A stretch of DNA of 61,713 nucleotides, counting the filler, from Globobulimina sp. (lineage: Eukaryota), in NCBI GenBank assembly GCA_003354225.1. It is 13 parts of 13 records of this genome, joined end to end, with 100 filler letters (N's around TTAATTAATTAA, not from the genome) between each part and the next. Parts side by side here need not be neighbours in the genome. Positions count along the whole stretch, not along the records: positions 42,818 to 47,469 come from PIVH01001030.1; positions 47,570 to 52,218 come from PIVH01001031.1; positions 52,319 to 56,966 come from PIVH01001032.1; 10 more parts are not named here. One strand, given 5' to 3'. Below are positions 45,653-57,066 of this stretch, piece after piece (positions within the stretch are counted from its first letter, which is position 1; each line of letters opens with the position of its first letter). The position numbers and the translations under genes are program-made. The notes under the pieces were generated by a model. The model had not been told where the DNA came from. It searched no databases and was given only the letters and a program-made list of their open reading frames with translations.

Positions 45653-47469
45653 ATGGACCACCAACAGCAATTACAATCTATCAATGAACAAAAAGATGAA
45701 GTTGAAATAGAAACATACGCACAATCACAACTACATTTCGGCCTAACCGACCAAACTTCATCAGACTCAGAGCGAGAAAATCTCATTCAACGTATCACCA
45801 ATATATCACGCACCACCTCCGTACCAACAACTATACTCTCTTCTTCCTCTGGCAACCACAATCAAAAACATCAACAACTGTTAAAATCTAAATCCTTGGG
45901 CCACCACAGCAATGACAGCAACAACCGCATTCACCCATTGCTAACCCGTCGCCGTTCCACATTACAACCACAAACACAAAGAGTGCCAACATTGAGCAGA
46001 ATGTTTTCCTCCCAAATGTTGCTAGGTAAGAAAATTTTATCCCGCAGACTCATCCCTGAATCACCAGTATCGCCGCAAGAGCCCACATGGACACCACCAG
46101 CACTGTACGATGTGGATCAGGCCATTGATGAAATGGGACTGGGTAAGTTTCAATGGACATTATTTGTGATACTCGGCTTCGTTTCATTTGCATATGGTAT
46201 GGAGATAATGTTGGTAGCTTTTTTGTTACCTATTTTGCAGAAAGAATTTGGTATCTCACCCTTGGAGAGCACCCTTGTGCCGTTGGCATCCATTCTGGGC
46301 TCATTTGTTGGAGCATTTGTGTTAAGTGTATTGGCTGACAAATTTGGTAGAAAAAAAATAATTATTGTTGGTGTGGTATGCACTGCGATCAGTGCAATGG
46401 TCTCCGCGTTCGCGACTGATATTTATCAAGAAAGTGTGGCTCGATTCTTTGTGGGCTTTTTCATGAAATGTGGGGTGGTCGCAGTCACTTTGTTTGCTGA
46501 GTTCTTACCCACCAAAGATAGGGGTAAAATGTTGATGTTGTCGCAAGCATTCTGGACACTTGGCTTGATGACTAGTATTGGATTGGCATGGATCACTCTA
46601 ACTTATCTGAACTGGAGATGGTATGTCAAATTGTCTACGATTCCGCTATGGATCGCAACCGTGGGTGTCATATGGAAGATGCCTGAAAGTGCGCATTATT
46701 TGAGCATTGCTGGGGAAACGGAACGGTGTGGCGAGATTTTGCAAAAAATCAGTGAGGTAAATTATGATATAATTCAATCTGAATATTGTTGAAAAAGTAT
46801 ACTTTAATATGTCAGGTAAATGGTAAGGATTTGCCAGAGGGAGAACTGTTACATGGAGGCGATTTGCATGCGGATAAAAAGCAAAGAGGTAACGTGTTGA
46901 GTTTGTTTCGTGGAGTTGACGCAGAGCCGTTGAACACAACATTATTATTGTTTGTGTATGTTATCTATCAATGTTGTTATTATGGTGTCATATTTGTGTC
47001 AGTGCGATATTTTGCTAAATTGGATAGTATTTTTCATTTACACCATGACTTATATTGGGAAATGATGCTGACCACTTCCAGCGAGTTACCCTCCATTGTT
47101 ATAGGATATTTTCTAGTGGATCAAGGACGGGCATTGACCATCAATGTTTCTTTGTTTTTGTATGCTATTCCAACATATTTGTTGGTGTTTATGGATTTTG
47201 AATTTAATCAAGGTTTAGGGATTACTTTGTTGTATTTCTCGAGGATGTTTATAAGTGTTACTGGAATGGGAGCTGGTGTCTATTTTTTGGAGTATTTCCC
47301 AACACATATTCGAGCCACAGCACTTGGATTAGCAGTCTCTATTTCAATGGTTATAAAATTCGGAGCTATTGTCATCGCGGAAGTGCTGCATATCATGATT
47401 GCAATGTACATTTTTGGCACTCTGGGGATCATCGCATTTATTGCAAGCTTAATGTTGCAAATTGATTGG
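45653..47469 (+). CDS. MFS transporter, SV2/SVOP-like (3' partial)
   Basis: AIDEMGLGKFQW, LADKFGRK, AEFLPTKDRG, PES and EYFPTHIRATALG. Intron 46757-46815. Confidence 0.93.
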
Positions 47470-47569
47470 NNNNNNNNNNNNNNNNNNNNNNNNNNNNNNN
47501 NNNNNNNNNNNNNTTAATTAATTAANNNNNNNNNNNNNNNNNNNNNNNNNNNNNNNNNNNNNNNNNNNN

Positions 47570-48226
47570 ACAGATGAAAACAGTGATGGAATTTGGGAAG
47601 TGACTATTTCTGTTCCTCTTGGCGACCATGAGTATAAGTTTTCTGCTGACAATTGGGCAGATCAAGACGAATTTGTTCACAAGATCGTAGCCAGCTTGTC
47701 CCCTCTTTGGTTTGGAGGTTGCAGCGGTTGTATTACCTGTACGCTTTTCAACAATAAAGATTATAAAAGTCATTTCATTCGGATTGCGTTTTTCATTTTA
47801 ATTTTGTGTGCTGTTATTTGTGCGTACATTCCAACTACAATGGATTATAAAGTTGCATCGCCGGGAGCTATTGGCTACAGTGCATCATATATGATATCTG
47901 CGTGGGATAAATGTGTTTATCAACCAAGGATTGCATTCAATGAGCTTAATGCAGCCATTGTGAAAGATGAAAACGCGGAAATGCCATTATATTTATATTG
48001 CGATGACAAAGCATTGTGGAACAAAGAAGTTACTGATTGGCCTTTAATTTGTGTTTTAACAGAAAGTGACACTTATTTTATGTCTTCATGGTCATTTGAT
48101 TTGGGTGGGTTTCCTGGCGGAGAAGATGAGTGTATGTTTTATTTGGAGGTCAATTCCTGTTGGAACCGAGGACAATGTAACATAGATACAGATGTAAGTG
48201 TTTGTGTTTCTATGATCAGTTTATAG
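47570..48226 (+). CDS. Membrane protein (5' partial); first ~100 nt resemble a bacterial CBM48-like domain
   Basis: TDENSDGIWEVTISVPLGDHEYKFSADNW, then a TM segment and a Cys-rich C-terminus. Confidence 0.5.
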   Translation, partial: TDENSDGIWEVTISVPLGDHEYKFSADNWADQDEFVHKIVASLSPLWFGGCSGCITCTLFNNKDYKSHFIRIAFFILILCAVICAYIPTTMDYKVASPGAIGYSASYMISAWDKCVYQPRIAFNELNAAIVKDENAEMPLYLYCDDKALWNKEVTDWPLICVLTESDTYFMSSWSFDLGGFPGGEDECMFYLEVNSCWNRGQCNIDTDVSVCVSMISL

Positions 48227-48261
48227 TTTTTTAAGAGTTTTTTCGTAATAGTTGTATAATC

Positions 48262-49512
48262 ATGGATTATCCACAAGAATCACACACATGGACAATACGA
48301 GACAAACACACAGTGAAAAGATTGAATAAAGCAACACAAAGTGACACAATCGATAGTATTATATTTCCTATGTTTGGATGTAAATGGTTTTTGCGATTTC
48401 GGCCAAATGGTTTATCCAAAGGACAATATTTAGGCAACGCATTTTTGATTTTGTATTTAACGGCATTGCCGCCAAACAGATCAGCATTTAATTTTTCATA
48501 TCAATTGTCTTTACTGGAAACAAAAACAGTTTGTAAGAAATCAACAATATTTCAAAATAAATATATGAATATTTGTTGGGATAAAGGTATTTTATCAACC
48601 AAATCGCTTAAAAAACTAAAACAATTTACATTGAGTGTAACCATTGAATTATTAGCGGTTTATGACAAAAACGGTAACGACGTGACAAATGAATATAAGA
48701 TTATCGACGAATATGATCAGATAAATATGGAAAACACACACACAAAAAAGCAAAAAAACAAAATGTTTAAACGTTTGTCGAGGCCCAGTTTGCTGCGAAA
48801 GGCAAATAAAAATACAAATATTGCATGTTCTGGCAGCTATGACGTCGTTGAGTGTATTAATAAAATTGGAAAACTAGAAGGTTCACTAAAAAATGTGAAC
48901 AGTATGTTATCTGAATTGGATGATAGGGTCAATTGCATCAGAAACAGCAAAGAAGAGAAAGCATTTGATTTGTTTGAGATTAATAAGGACCAATATGCCG
49001 TGGTCATGATGGAGATAAATAAAATGAAGAGAGCTATCCATGCGTTACAATCACAGAAACATGTATTTCCACAAAAAAGTGTTTCCAATGCATGTGTACA
49101 AATAGTTGTTGATTCGCACGAATGTTCGCTACAAATGAAAAGATTGAAGAACTGGTTTGTGGCCAATGTGAAATTGCCGCAGTATTTTGAGGTATTTGTA
49201 GAACATGATATTATTGATTTTGATATTCTGTGTAAAATAAGAAAGAATGAGCTGAAAGAAATGGGAATATATAAAATCGGACATCAATTGAAGATATTGC
49301 AACAAATTGACAATTTAAAGACAAATGCAAATGCAATTGCAAGTGTGAATGGATTGGATGGAAACGAACATGTTATATTCACATCGGACACATTGTTGAG
49401 GGATTGTGACCATGATATTGCTGAATCGAGTGATTCTGACGAATTATATACAACGTTGCAAACACAACAAGAAGGAAATTTAAATACAGATACATTGCAT
49501 TGGAATAACTAA
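48262..49512 (+). CDS. MATH(TRAF)-coiled-coil-SAM domain protein
   Basis: HTWTI..S..F.MFGCKWFLRFRPNG (MATH); LPQYFEVF..LKEMGI.KIGHQLKIL (SAM). Confidence 0.85.
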   Translation: MDYPQESHTWTIRDKHTVKRLNKATQSDTIDSIIFPMFGCKWFLRFRPNGLSKGQYLGNAFLILYLTALPPNRSAFNFSYQLSLLETKTVCKKSTIFQNKYMNICWDKGILSTKSLKKLKQFTLSVTIELLAVYDKNGNDVTNEYKIIDEYDQINMENTHTKKQKNKMFKRLSRPSLLRKANKNTNIACSGSYDVVECINKIGKLEGSLKNVNSMLSELDDRVNCIRNSKEEKAFDLFEINKDQYAVVMMEINKMKRAIHALQSQKHVFPQKSVSNACVQIVVDSHECSLQMKRLKNWFVANVKLPQYFEVFVEHDIIDFDILCKIRKNELKEMGIYKIGHQLKILQQIDNLKTNANAIASVNGLDGNEHVIFTSDTLLRDCDHDIAESSDSDELYTTLQTQQEGNLNTDTLHWNN

Positions 49513-50646
49513 ATAGGTATATCATATATAAAAATATTAATTATTATATCTTTAATAGGTATTGTGGGGGTTTATTTTTTATTTTATTTATTGTTTTAAA
49601 ATTAGTTGGTTTATCGAGATATTGGTAATTTGTTTAATTGAACGTTGAGAGCTTTTCCCGTTTTTCTGATTCATTATGAATGTCATGGGGTTCAACACAT
49701 TGTTCCTTCATTCAAATTGTATCTCGTTGCAGACATAGGTCTAATCGCAATTGTAAGCCACGTTTTTCCAAACAATTTTCAAATATTTGTTGTTTTTAGA
49801 TTTTCCAAACAGAGAGATCAATTATGGCATTTAGTGAAACCAACAAAAACGAGATCAATATTACAGCAGGTTATGATGATAATGTTTATAAAACAAAAGA
49901 AAATTAGTAAGTATAATAATTTTTGTTTGACTCAGGTAGGATTTAAACCTACATCAATGTGAATTGCATCAACAATATTGGGTTGTGTGTTATATTTAGA
50001 ATATACAAACAAACTGCATCAAGTGTTTCCACTTTATCCTTCTTTTTTTTTCAAATAAGAAAAGTTGTTGGATGGAACAGCAGAAGCTGCAGACACACGC
50101 TCTATCTAATATTGAGCTACTGAGTCTCGAATTATTTCCATATCTTTGTTTCAATGCAACCAATAATATTGTTTATAAACTTGTGTTAAATTGCACGAAA
50201 ATAGTTATGGTACACTTTGGAAACACTTTTGTTATACCAACTATTATCACATGCTGCTATTTTTTTTGTCAATTTGATATTGGTTAATAATATATTTAAT
50301 ATTTGGTGTGCAGTGCCACTTTGCCGTGTTTTTTTAAACAAACAAATGTTTCATTATTCGAACCCAAAGAAACCAATAATTTCCAATAGACACTAGACCT
50401 AAACAATGGACGAAAGGTTATGATCATAATGGACAAACATATTATGTAAATTTGTTTTTCTTTGAATAAAAAGTGTTTTGAAGACTTTATTTTATTACAG
50501 GCCTGATTTTTTGAACCGGAACAAAAAACCAGGCCCAATAAAATAAATGAACTTGATAAATTCCAATGTTTCTCTTTTCTCAGTTCTACTGAATTAATTT
50601 ATGTAATACTTATAATTTAAACACCAAAACAAATAAACTGAACACA

Positions 50647-51250
50647 TTATTTTTTGCTATGTTTTATGAGCCATTCTAAAGTGATATCGATATTCATTAA
50701 CTCCTTGCATGAGATTTCATAATATGCAATTTCGCGTCCTTTTAATCTCTTCAATTCCAATGTATCAATAATTTCATCCGCTGTTCTTGCCGAATCTAAA
50801 TCATTTTTATTAAACAACACCAATAAAGGTATACCATTTAAAGATGGCGATGTAAAGATGGAATGTAATTCTTTTCTAGCTGTCCCAAATTTATTTGGAT
50901 CGGCAGCGTCAACTACGTATCTGCATAAATTACGCATTTATGTCATATATCATATAATCGCATATTCGCATAAGATATAGGTCATACACAATAGCATCGT
51001 TATTACGGCAATATCTCTCCCACATTCCACGAAATTTTTTTTGTCCGCCAAGATCCCATACTTTGATCTGAACTTTGCCTTTGTCCACTTTATGCATATT
51101 AAACCCCACAGTTGGCATTATTCTGTCTACAAATTCGCCTTTATGTATGACATGGAGTAAGGTACTTTTCCCTGCATTCTCCAGTCCAATAATAGATATT
51201 TCCATTTCTTGCTGCCAGAAACTTCGCACCCAAGACCATAACGCGCCCAT
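50647..51250 (-). CDS. ARL8: ADP-ribosylation factor-like GTPase 8
   Basis: [48 protein letters not shown]. Intron 50921-50987. Confidence 0.95.
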
Positions 51251-51537
51251 TCTTGAGGCTTCACTGATAGTTCACTGCTTCGCTAAAAAACGTCTTAAAA
51301 GTATAAATCTTTTTCGTTAAACAACTCATGACTTCATATTTTAATATATGATATTTAATACAAAAAAAAAACTCAACACAAAAAGGAAAACGTTACGTTA
51401 ATGCATCTGAAAAATGGTTCGATGAGATCGGGATCATTGATGATCGATTAATTTTTTTTTGTTAATATATGACAATTAATATATACACAGTGGCGGCAAT
51501 ATGAGATGAACCACTGTATAATAATAATATTTAATAT

Positions 51538-52217
51538 TTAATATTCCGATAATAAGAATCTAGCGTATGGCTGTTCCAATAACCTGTACAATTCACGACA
51601 TGTCGAATCAAAAATGGTTATTAATTTTGTTGAATTAATGTTTTTCTCTTCCATCCATTCATCATAATTATTCAACAAAAAATCCAAATTACCCCTCATT
51701 ATCCAACTGATATTCACCTCAAACTCTGAGTTTTCCAAAATATATTTCTCGTATAATCTGTAAGCAGATTGTTTGCAGTATCTTATTTTCTCAGCATCCG
51801 TCAAGATTTGATCTGCTTTCATCTCATTTTGGTATCCATGAACAATGAAAGATATTGGCATATTTTTGGGGAATGCAACATCAATTTCCTTCTCATTTTC
51901 CGACATTGTCCTCGACAAAAACACAGCAATATTATTCCCATCGTTTTTGAATAAATCTGATGACGGAGCTGTCGCTGTTTGCGGACTATTATCGCCACTG
52001 CATTTTAGTAAAAAAGTAAACAACAACAACACAACATATACATGCAATACCTAGCAATATGCAATAAATCCTTCCAGTGATTCTTCCATTGAGTTTGCTC
52101 AACGATAAATAGCAACACTTCCATCGCATACTCTTTGTTTAGATGTTTAATAAATGAGCCAAACGATTCCATTCCACTTAGACATTGCGCTAAAGTCGTT
52201 TTTGAGTGTTTATTATG
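51538..52217 (-). CDS. RGS domain protein, C-terminus (5' partial)
   Basis: FIKHLNKEYAMEVLLF..LYEKYI..FEVNIS..IFD..LL..YARF. Intron 51998-52050. Confidence 0.9.
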
Positions 52218-52766
52218 TNNNNNNNNNNNNNNNNNNNNNNNNNNNNNNNNNNNNNNNNNNNNTTAATTAATTAANNNNNNNNNNNNNNNNNNNNNNNNNN
52301 NNNNNNNNNNNNNNNNNNTTTGGTGATCGGATTTAAACTTCTGGAGTTAAACGCTCACCACAATAAATTAGCTCAATAGTTGTGACTGCAGTGAATGGGA
52401 ATCGATTTCAAATTTCTGTATCCAATTAAGTTGTAAACATCGGAAAAATGCAATATTGTTGATATATAAGCATATATATTATATCAATGCAACGTATTAT
52501 ATGTAGTTATGGGAAAGATAATTAAAATATTTACAATTTACATGGTAATCAGACCACGCGGGCCTGACCACCCACAACAGCTTATTAAACATAAAATAAT
52601 TACGACATATCACTCATATCAGCACCGTTTTCGTTTCTCTTAGGTGTGTGACATTAATTTTGTGCATAGTTTAAATGAGAATCAATTAATATTATATTTT
52701 CATGAATATGAAACGTTACGTATAACAGTTCAAAACAATTTTAATTATGCAGGGTTTACAGTGAAT

Positions 52767-54020
52767 TTATTGATTGTTTACTTCTTGGTTTTCTTCTTCA
52801 TTTTTTTCTTCTTCTTCCTCACCTGTTTCTGAATCTTGTTTCTCTTCTTTTTCTTCTGCCTCTTCTGCCTCACAATCATTTTGTAATTTTATTTCCGATT
52901 CGATTAATTCTTTACATCCATTAATTAAATCTTTAACACCGTCCCATTCTGTAATACCTAATCTTCTCTTATTCGATACATCATAAATCCCACCGACTGA
53001 TTCTGAATGCTCACCATGAACCCCTCTAATTTGTAAATGATTTCGTTTTGCAATTTCATCAAATAATTCTTGATTTTGCGAAGTTAATGGCACTTTGATA
53101 TGGACAGAAGCACGTTCACCACAACCAATATTTGTTGGGCATGCAGTTAAATATCCCAATTTTTCATTGTATGCAAATTGTAATTTATCATTAATTGCAG
53201 CCACTGCTTTTTGTAAACGGTTAAATACAGATTTAATATTAGCACCTTGTTCCATTGAAATAATCCTTAACTGATCTTCTTCATTTATCCACACCAAAAA
53301 TGTTTTATTTGTGTTAAAAAAAATACCACGTCCATTTGGCCAAAATTTATTAATTCCGGCACTCTCCAAAAATCGATCACCTTTTTTAAATAAGAAATGA
53401 TCCGCAACCAATTGATTTCGAGTCTCTTCCTCCATATTACTTAATGGATAATAGGTTCCTTTTAATTCTTCATCGTCAAAACCTTCCAAAATGTCTTTAA
53501 TTTTGCTTTCTAACTCAAGCGTTTGTTCCTCAGTCATACCGCCGCGTAATGGATATCCTTCAATATTTCGTGCAACGCGAATTCTTGTAGAAATAATAAA
53601 TTTTGCATCTGGGTCTAAATCCGCAGCAAAGGTTTCATCAAAATTAAAGTTTTGAGTTGGATGACTAAAATTGTCCAACGATTCTAATTTATGATAATCA
53701 ATAATTACCGGGTTTAATAATTCTGAAAATACAGTATATGCATCGCTGTCAGATGCGTATACACCAACTCCTGAGTCTAAGTTATCAATTCCAGAGACGA
53801 TGCATGATTTTAAATCACAGCCTTGTTTGGTTTTTGTCTGCTTTAATTTATCAAATATTTCTTTTGTTAAATGCTTTTTTAGTAAGGATTTACATTCAGC
53901 TTCTTCCAATTTGCTGTATAATTCATTAATACTGTCTGATTCTACATTGGTTGGTGCTGTTTCTGTATTTATTTGTGGTTTTGAACATTGTGCTGATTCT
54001 TCACTGATGCAATTACCCAT
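52767..54020 (-). CDS. Arginine kinase (ATP:guanido phosphotransferase)
   Basis: SLLKKHL, NLDSGVGVYA, STRIRVARN, DHFLF, GDRFL, WINEEDQLR, CPTN, RGVHGEHS, SNKRRLG. Likely start MGNC at 54020. Confidence 0.96.
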   Translation of the reverse strand: MGNCISEESAQCSKPQINTETAPTNVESDSINELYSKLEEAECKSLLKKHLTKEIFDKLKQTKTKQGCDLKSCIVSGIDNLDSGVGVYASDSDAYTVFSELLNPVIIDYHKLESLDNFSHPTQNFNFDETFAADLDPDAKFIISTRIRVARNIEGYPLRGGMTEEQTLELESKIKDILEGFDDEELKGTYYPLSNMEEETRNQLVADHFLFKKGDRFLESAGINKFWPNGRGIFFNTNKTFLVWINEEDQLRIISMEQGANIKSVFNRLQKAVAAINDKLQFAYNEKLGYLTACPTNIGCGERASVHIKVPLTSQNQELFDEIAKRNHLQIRGVHGEHSESVGGIYDVSNKRRLGITEWDGVKDLINGCKELIESEIKLQNDCEAEEAEEKEEKQDSETGEEEEEKNEEENQEVNNQ

Positions 54021-54358
54021 ATTTTCAAATATAGAAATCAATATAAAAATGGTTTGAAGGTACGGTTATAGAAATGTTGACATATAAATACGTACAATTA
54101 TGATCATAGATATGTACAGCAAATTGTTTCTATCATCCCGTCAGAAAATGTGTTCTTTGTTTTATGAATGCATTCACCATTCACTATGAGCTGGGGAAAA
54201 GAATGACAATCCACAGGTTGCCATTGATTATCAGTTTGCTTCTTCATTTGCTAAAAACTTCATTTGCAGTATTTTGCACAGACTTGCCCTTGGACAATCT
54301 TCTGTGCCACTATATAATATCCAGAAATTTATTAACTGAGATACATTTGAATTGGAAT

Positions 54359-56026
54359 ATGAAACTTATTGTGTTTTTTTGTGTGGTTTATGCCTGGTCC
54401 ACTGTTCATTCATTGGTTGAAGGTGAAAATTCAAAACATGCGTCTCGTGACGAAAAAGCAAAATACCAAAGCGATGATTATTCAAAATGGACACCACCCA
54501 TTGAGGCGGGAGGCAGAGTCATTGATTTAATAAATGGCGAGTTTTTCGATGAGCATCTCCGTGATACGCCAGATCATATGAGACCACCTGCCATTGTCGC
54601 CTTCCATGATTCATTTGACGCACAATGTAGCGAAACCTATCACAGTTTGGATTTCGAGGATGCGGTACAATTTCAATTCCCGTCTCGCGCCTTTTTATTC
54701 TCTGCAAAATATGACATGGGCGCTGCTCCAAAACGAACGTGGTATAAATTTATCCCAGAAAGAGACCTTGCAAAACGATTTGGTGTCACTTCATGTCCGT
54801 CCATCGTGTTTGTGCCATCTGAGTGCGATGGCTTTACCAAATGGTGCGACCGCGAGAAGAAAGATGGTGTCACCTATGTGGGCTGCGATGGATATATCGA
54901 TCAATGTGCGGGCAAATATAAAATATGGAGCATGGACGATGCGCAAACTATAGGTTATAAGACCTGGGTTACAGATTTGATCGAAGCCAGCAAATTGCCG
55001 CAAGTGGGCGGCCCAAAATTATCCGGTCCAAACAAGAAGCTCTTCCAAACCATGCAACAGCAAGAAAGTTGGCTAAATTCCAGGGACCATTCCACGCAAA
55101 GAGAAAATTATCGAAACAACTGGGTTTCTGCCGCATTGCCGGCCTTTTCAGAGTTTGGCTACAAAGCGTTTGATATGGAACCCAGACATGTTGCTGAATT
55201 CATTCAGTTCCATAAGAAATGGAGACACCTCCGCAGTCCAGGTAAGCTATATGTGCTTATAATTAATTATCTGTCAATATGTTGCTAACATTGCACCAGA
55301 AAATTGGAACTCTGCCGGACAAACTGCAGGTATATGATCTCCGGATACGTCCATTCAATGGCAATGCAGTGATATATTTGAGTATATGGAGTGAATGGGC
55401 ATGAAGTGGAGCCATCGATGGTGTCATTGGATCGTGACTTTGCTTTTCGGGATGCGATTGTGCGTAAATATGTGCAGCCGGTGTTGGAAGATTGGGTGGG
55501 TTTCCCCTTACAATTAACGTCACATTATGGGATTCGCGAATATTATGACGGTTCGTGGTTGAAAAACCACGTGGATAGAATTGATGTGTTGATCATCTCA
55601 GCGACCCAGTCAGTTGCACAAATTGTGTGTAATACGACCAGTGATGGCTATTGTGACAATTCGGATGATATTGACTTTGTAAGTGGATGGCCAGAAGGCA
55701 TAGAATGGCCGTTGGAAGGGGTTGATTTCAAAGGAAATAATGTACGCTATGCGCATAAACCAGGGACAATGATCGGATACGAATCGGCCAAATTTATTCA
55801 TGGCCGTCCATTTCCATTACCGAAACATCCAAATCATCCGAAACAGAAATATTGCCATTTGGGTGCATTTAGTCATTTTACGCCAGCGGATGGGTCGTGG
55901 AAAAGGAATGGACATGATACGAATGCAAGGAATAATTTGAATCGACATACAAAAGGAGCACATTACAGATCAAATCCACCATATTATCCACCTAAACATT
56001 ATCAAACAATAAAACAAGAGTTGTAA
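54359..56026 (+). CDS. ER-luminal thioredoxin-like + 2OG-Fe(II) oxygenase (prolyl-hydroxylase-like)
   Basis: Signal peptide; LAKRFGVTSCPSIVF (Trx fold); YGIREY..HVD..HGR; C-terminal KQEL. Introns 55242-55299 and 55330-55391. Confidence 0.8.
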
Positions 56027-56296
56027 AGTTGTAATCGACTAAATCGAGATCACTCTGATATTGTAATTTAATACTTTCCCTTTGTTTTCTGACAGTACAT
56101 TTTTCGCTATTAAAAACCCTCACCATTTCTGCTTCGGGTCCAAAATCACTCCAACTCAAATTTACACTACTACTACTATAGTATTATTATAGTGCAAAAG
56201 TCGTGACTTGCAGCTGCAAAATGTTTAATATTAATTAAATTATAATTTCCTATTTTTATCACAAAACGTCCTTCTCAAATATACAAAGTAACAAAC

Positions 56297-56966
56297 ATGC
56301 AGAGTTTAACATTTTTGTTGTTGTTAATTCCATATTTGATTTGTGCAAAGATAACACATGAATTCGTCAAATGGTATGTACCAAAGCATTATTCACAAAC
56401 AGCATGGTACAGAAATGGTGTTAAAATATTATCGATCGGTTTTTGCGATTTGATTTGGATCGGAATACATCACAGCATAACTGCATTATGCATTGGTTTA
56501 TCAATTTATTTTAATTCGAAAACATTGTTTCTTAATGGGTTTTTTTTTGATGCTGGTTGTTCATTTCTTGATTTTTATTACCGTTCAATGAAAAAATTGT
56601 ATTACAAAACATCAATGCTTTCAAATTCGGAGTTCTTTAATCTTTGCACTCATCATTTTTCCTGTTTTATTGGGTACCTTCTCATCATTTCTACTGATAA
56701 TATTTATATAACACAATGGAGTTTTGACCTTGCCTTCTCAGGAAGTATTTTACAAGCATTGTTTGTGTTGCGTTCAACCAGAAACATAACAGATTTGCAA
56801 CAAAGGAGTCAATACACAGTTTACCAATTTATTACCGTTGTTACCTTACTTTATTTTAGAATTTATCGATGTTGGATAACCGGTTATTATTTGTTTTATT
56901 TTGCATTTCAGGATTTTAATTGGTGGGTACAAATAATATGTACAATGTCCTATTTACTGATATGGC
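56297..56966 (+). CDS. TLC (TRAM/LAG1/CLN8)-like membrane protein (3' partial)
   Basis: Multi-TM with an HH motif (LCTHHF) and a YFRI motif. Confidence 0.6.
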
Positions 56967-57066
56967 NNNNNNNNNNNNNNNNNNNNNNNNNNNNNNNNNN
57001 NNNNNNNNNNTTAATTAATTAANNNNNNNNNNNNNNNNNNNNNNNNNNNNNNNNNNNNNNNNNNNN

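Noticed and set aside
49530-50560. Short ORFs between the SAM protein and ARL8
   Set aside because: No motifs, interrupted frames; probably intergenic or decayed sequence.
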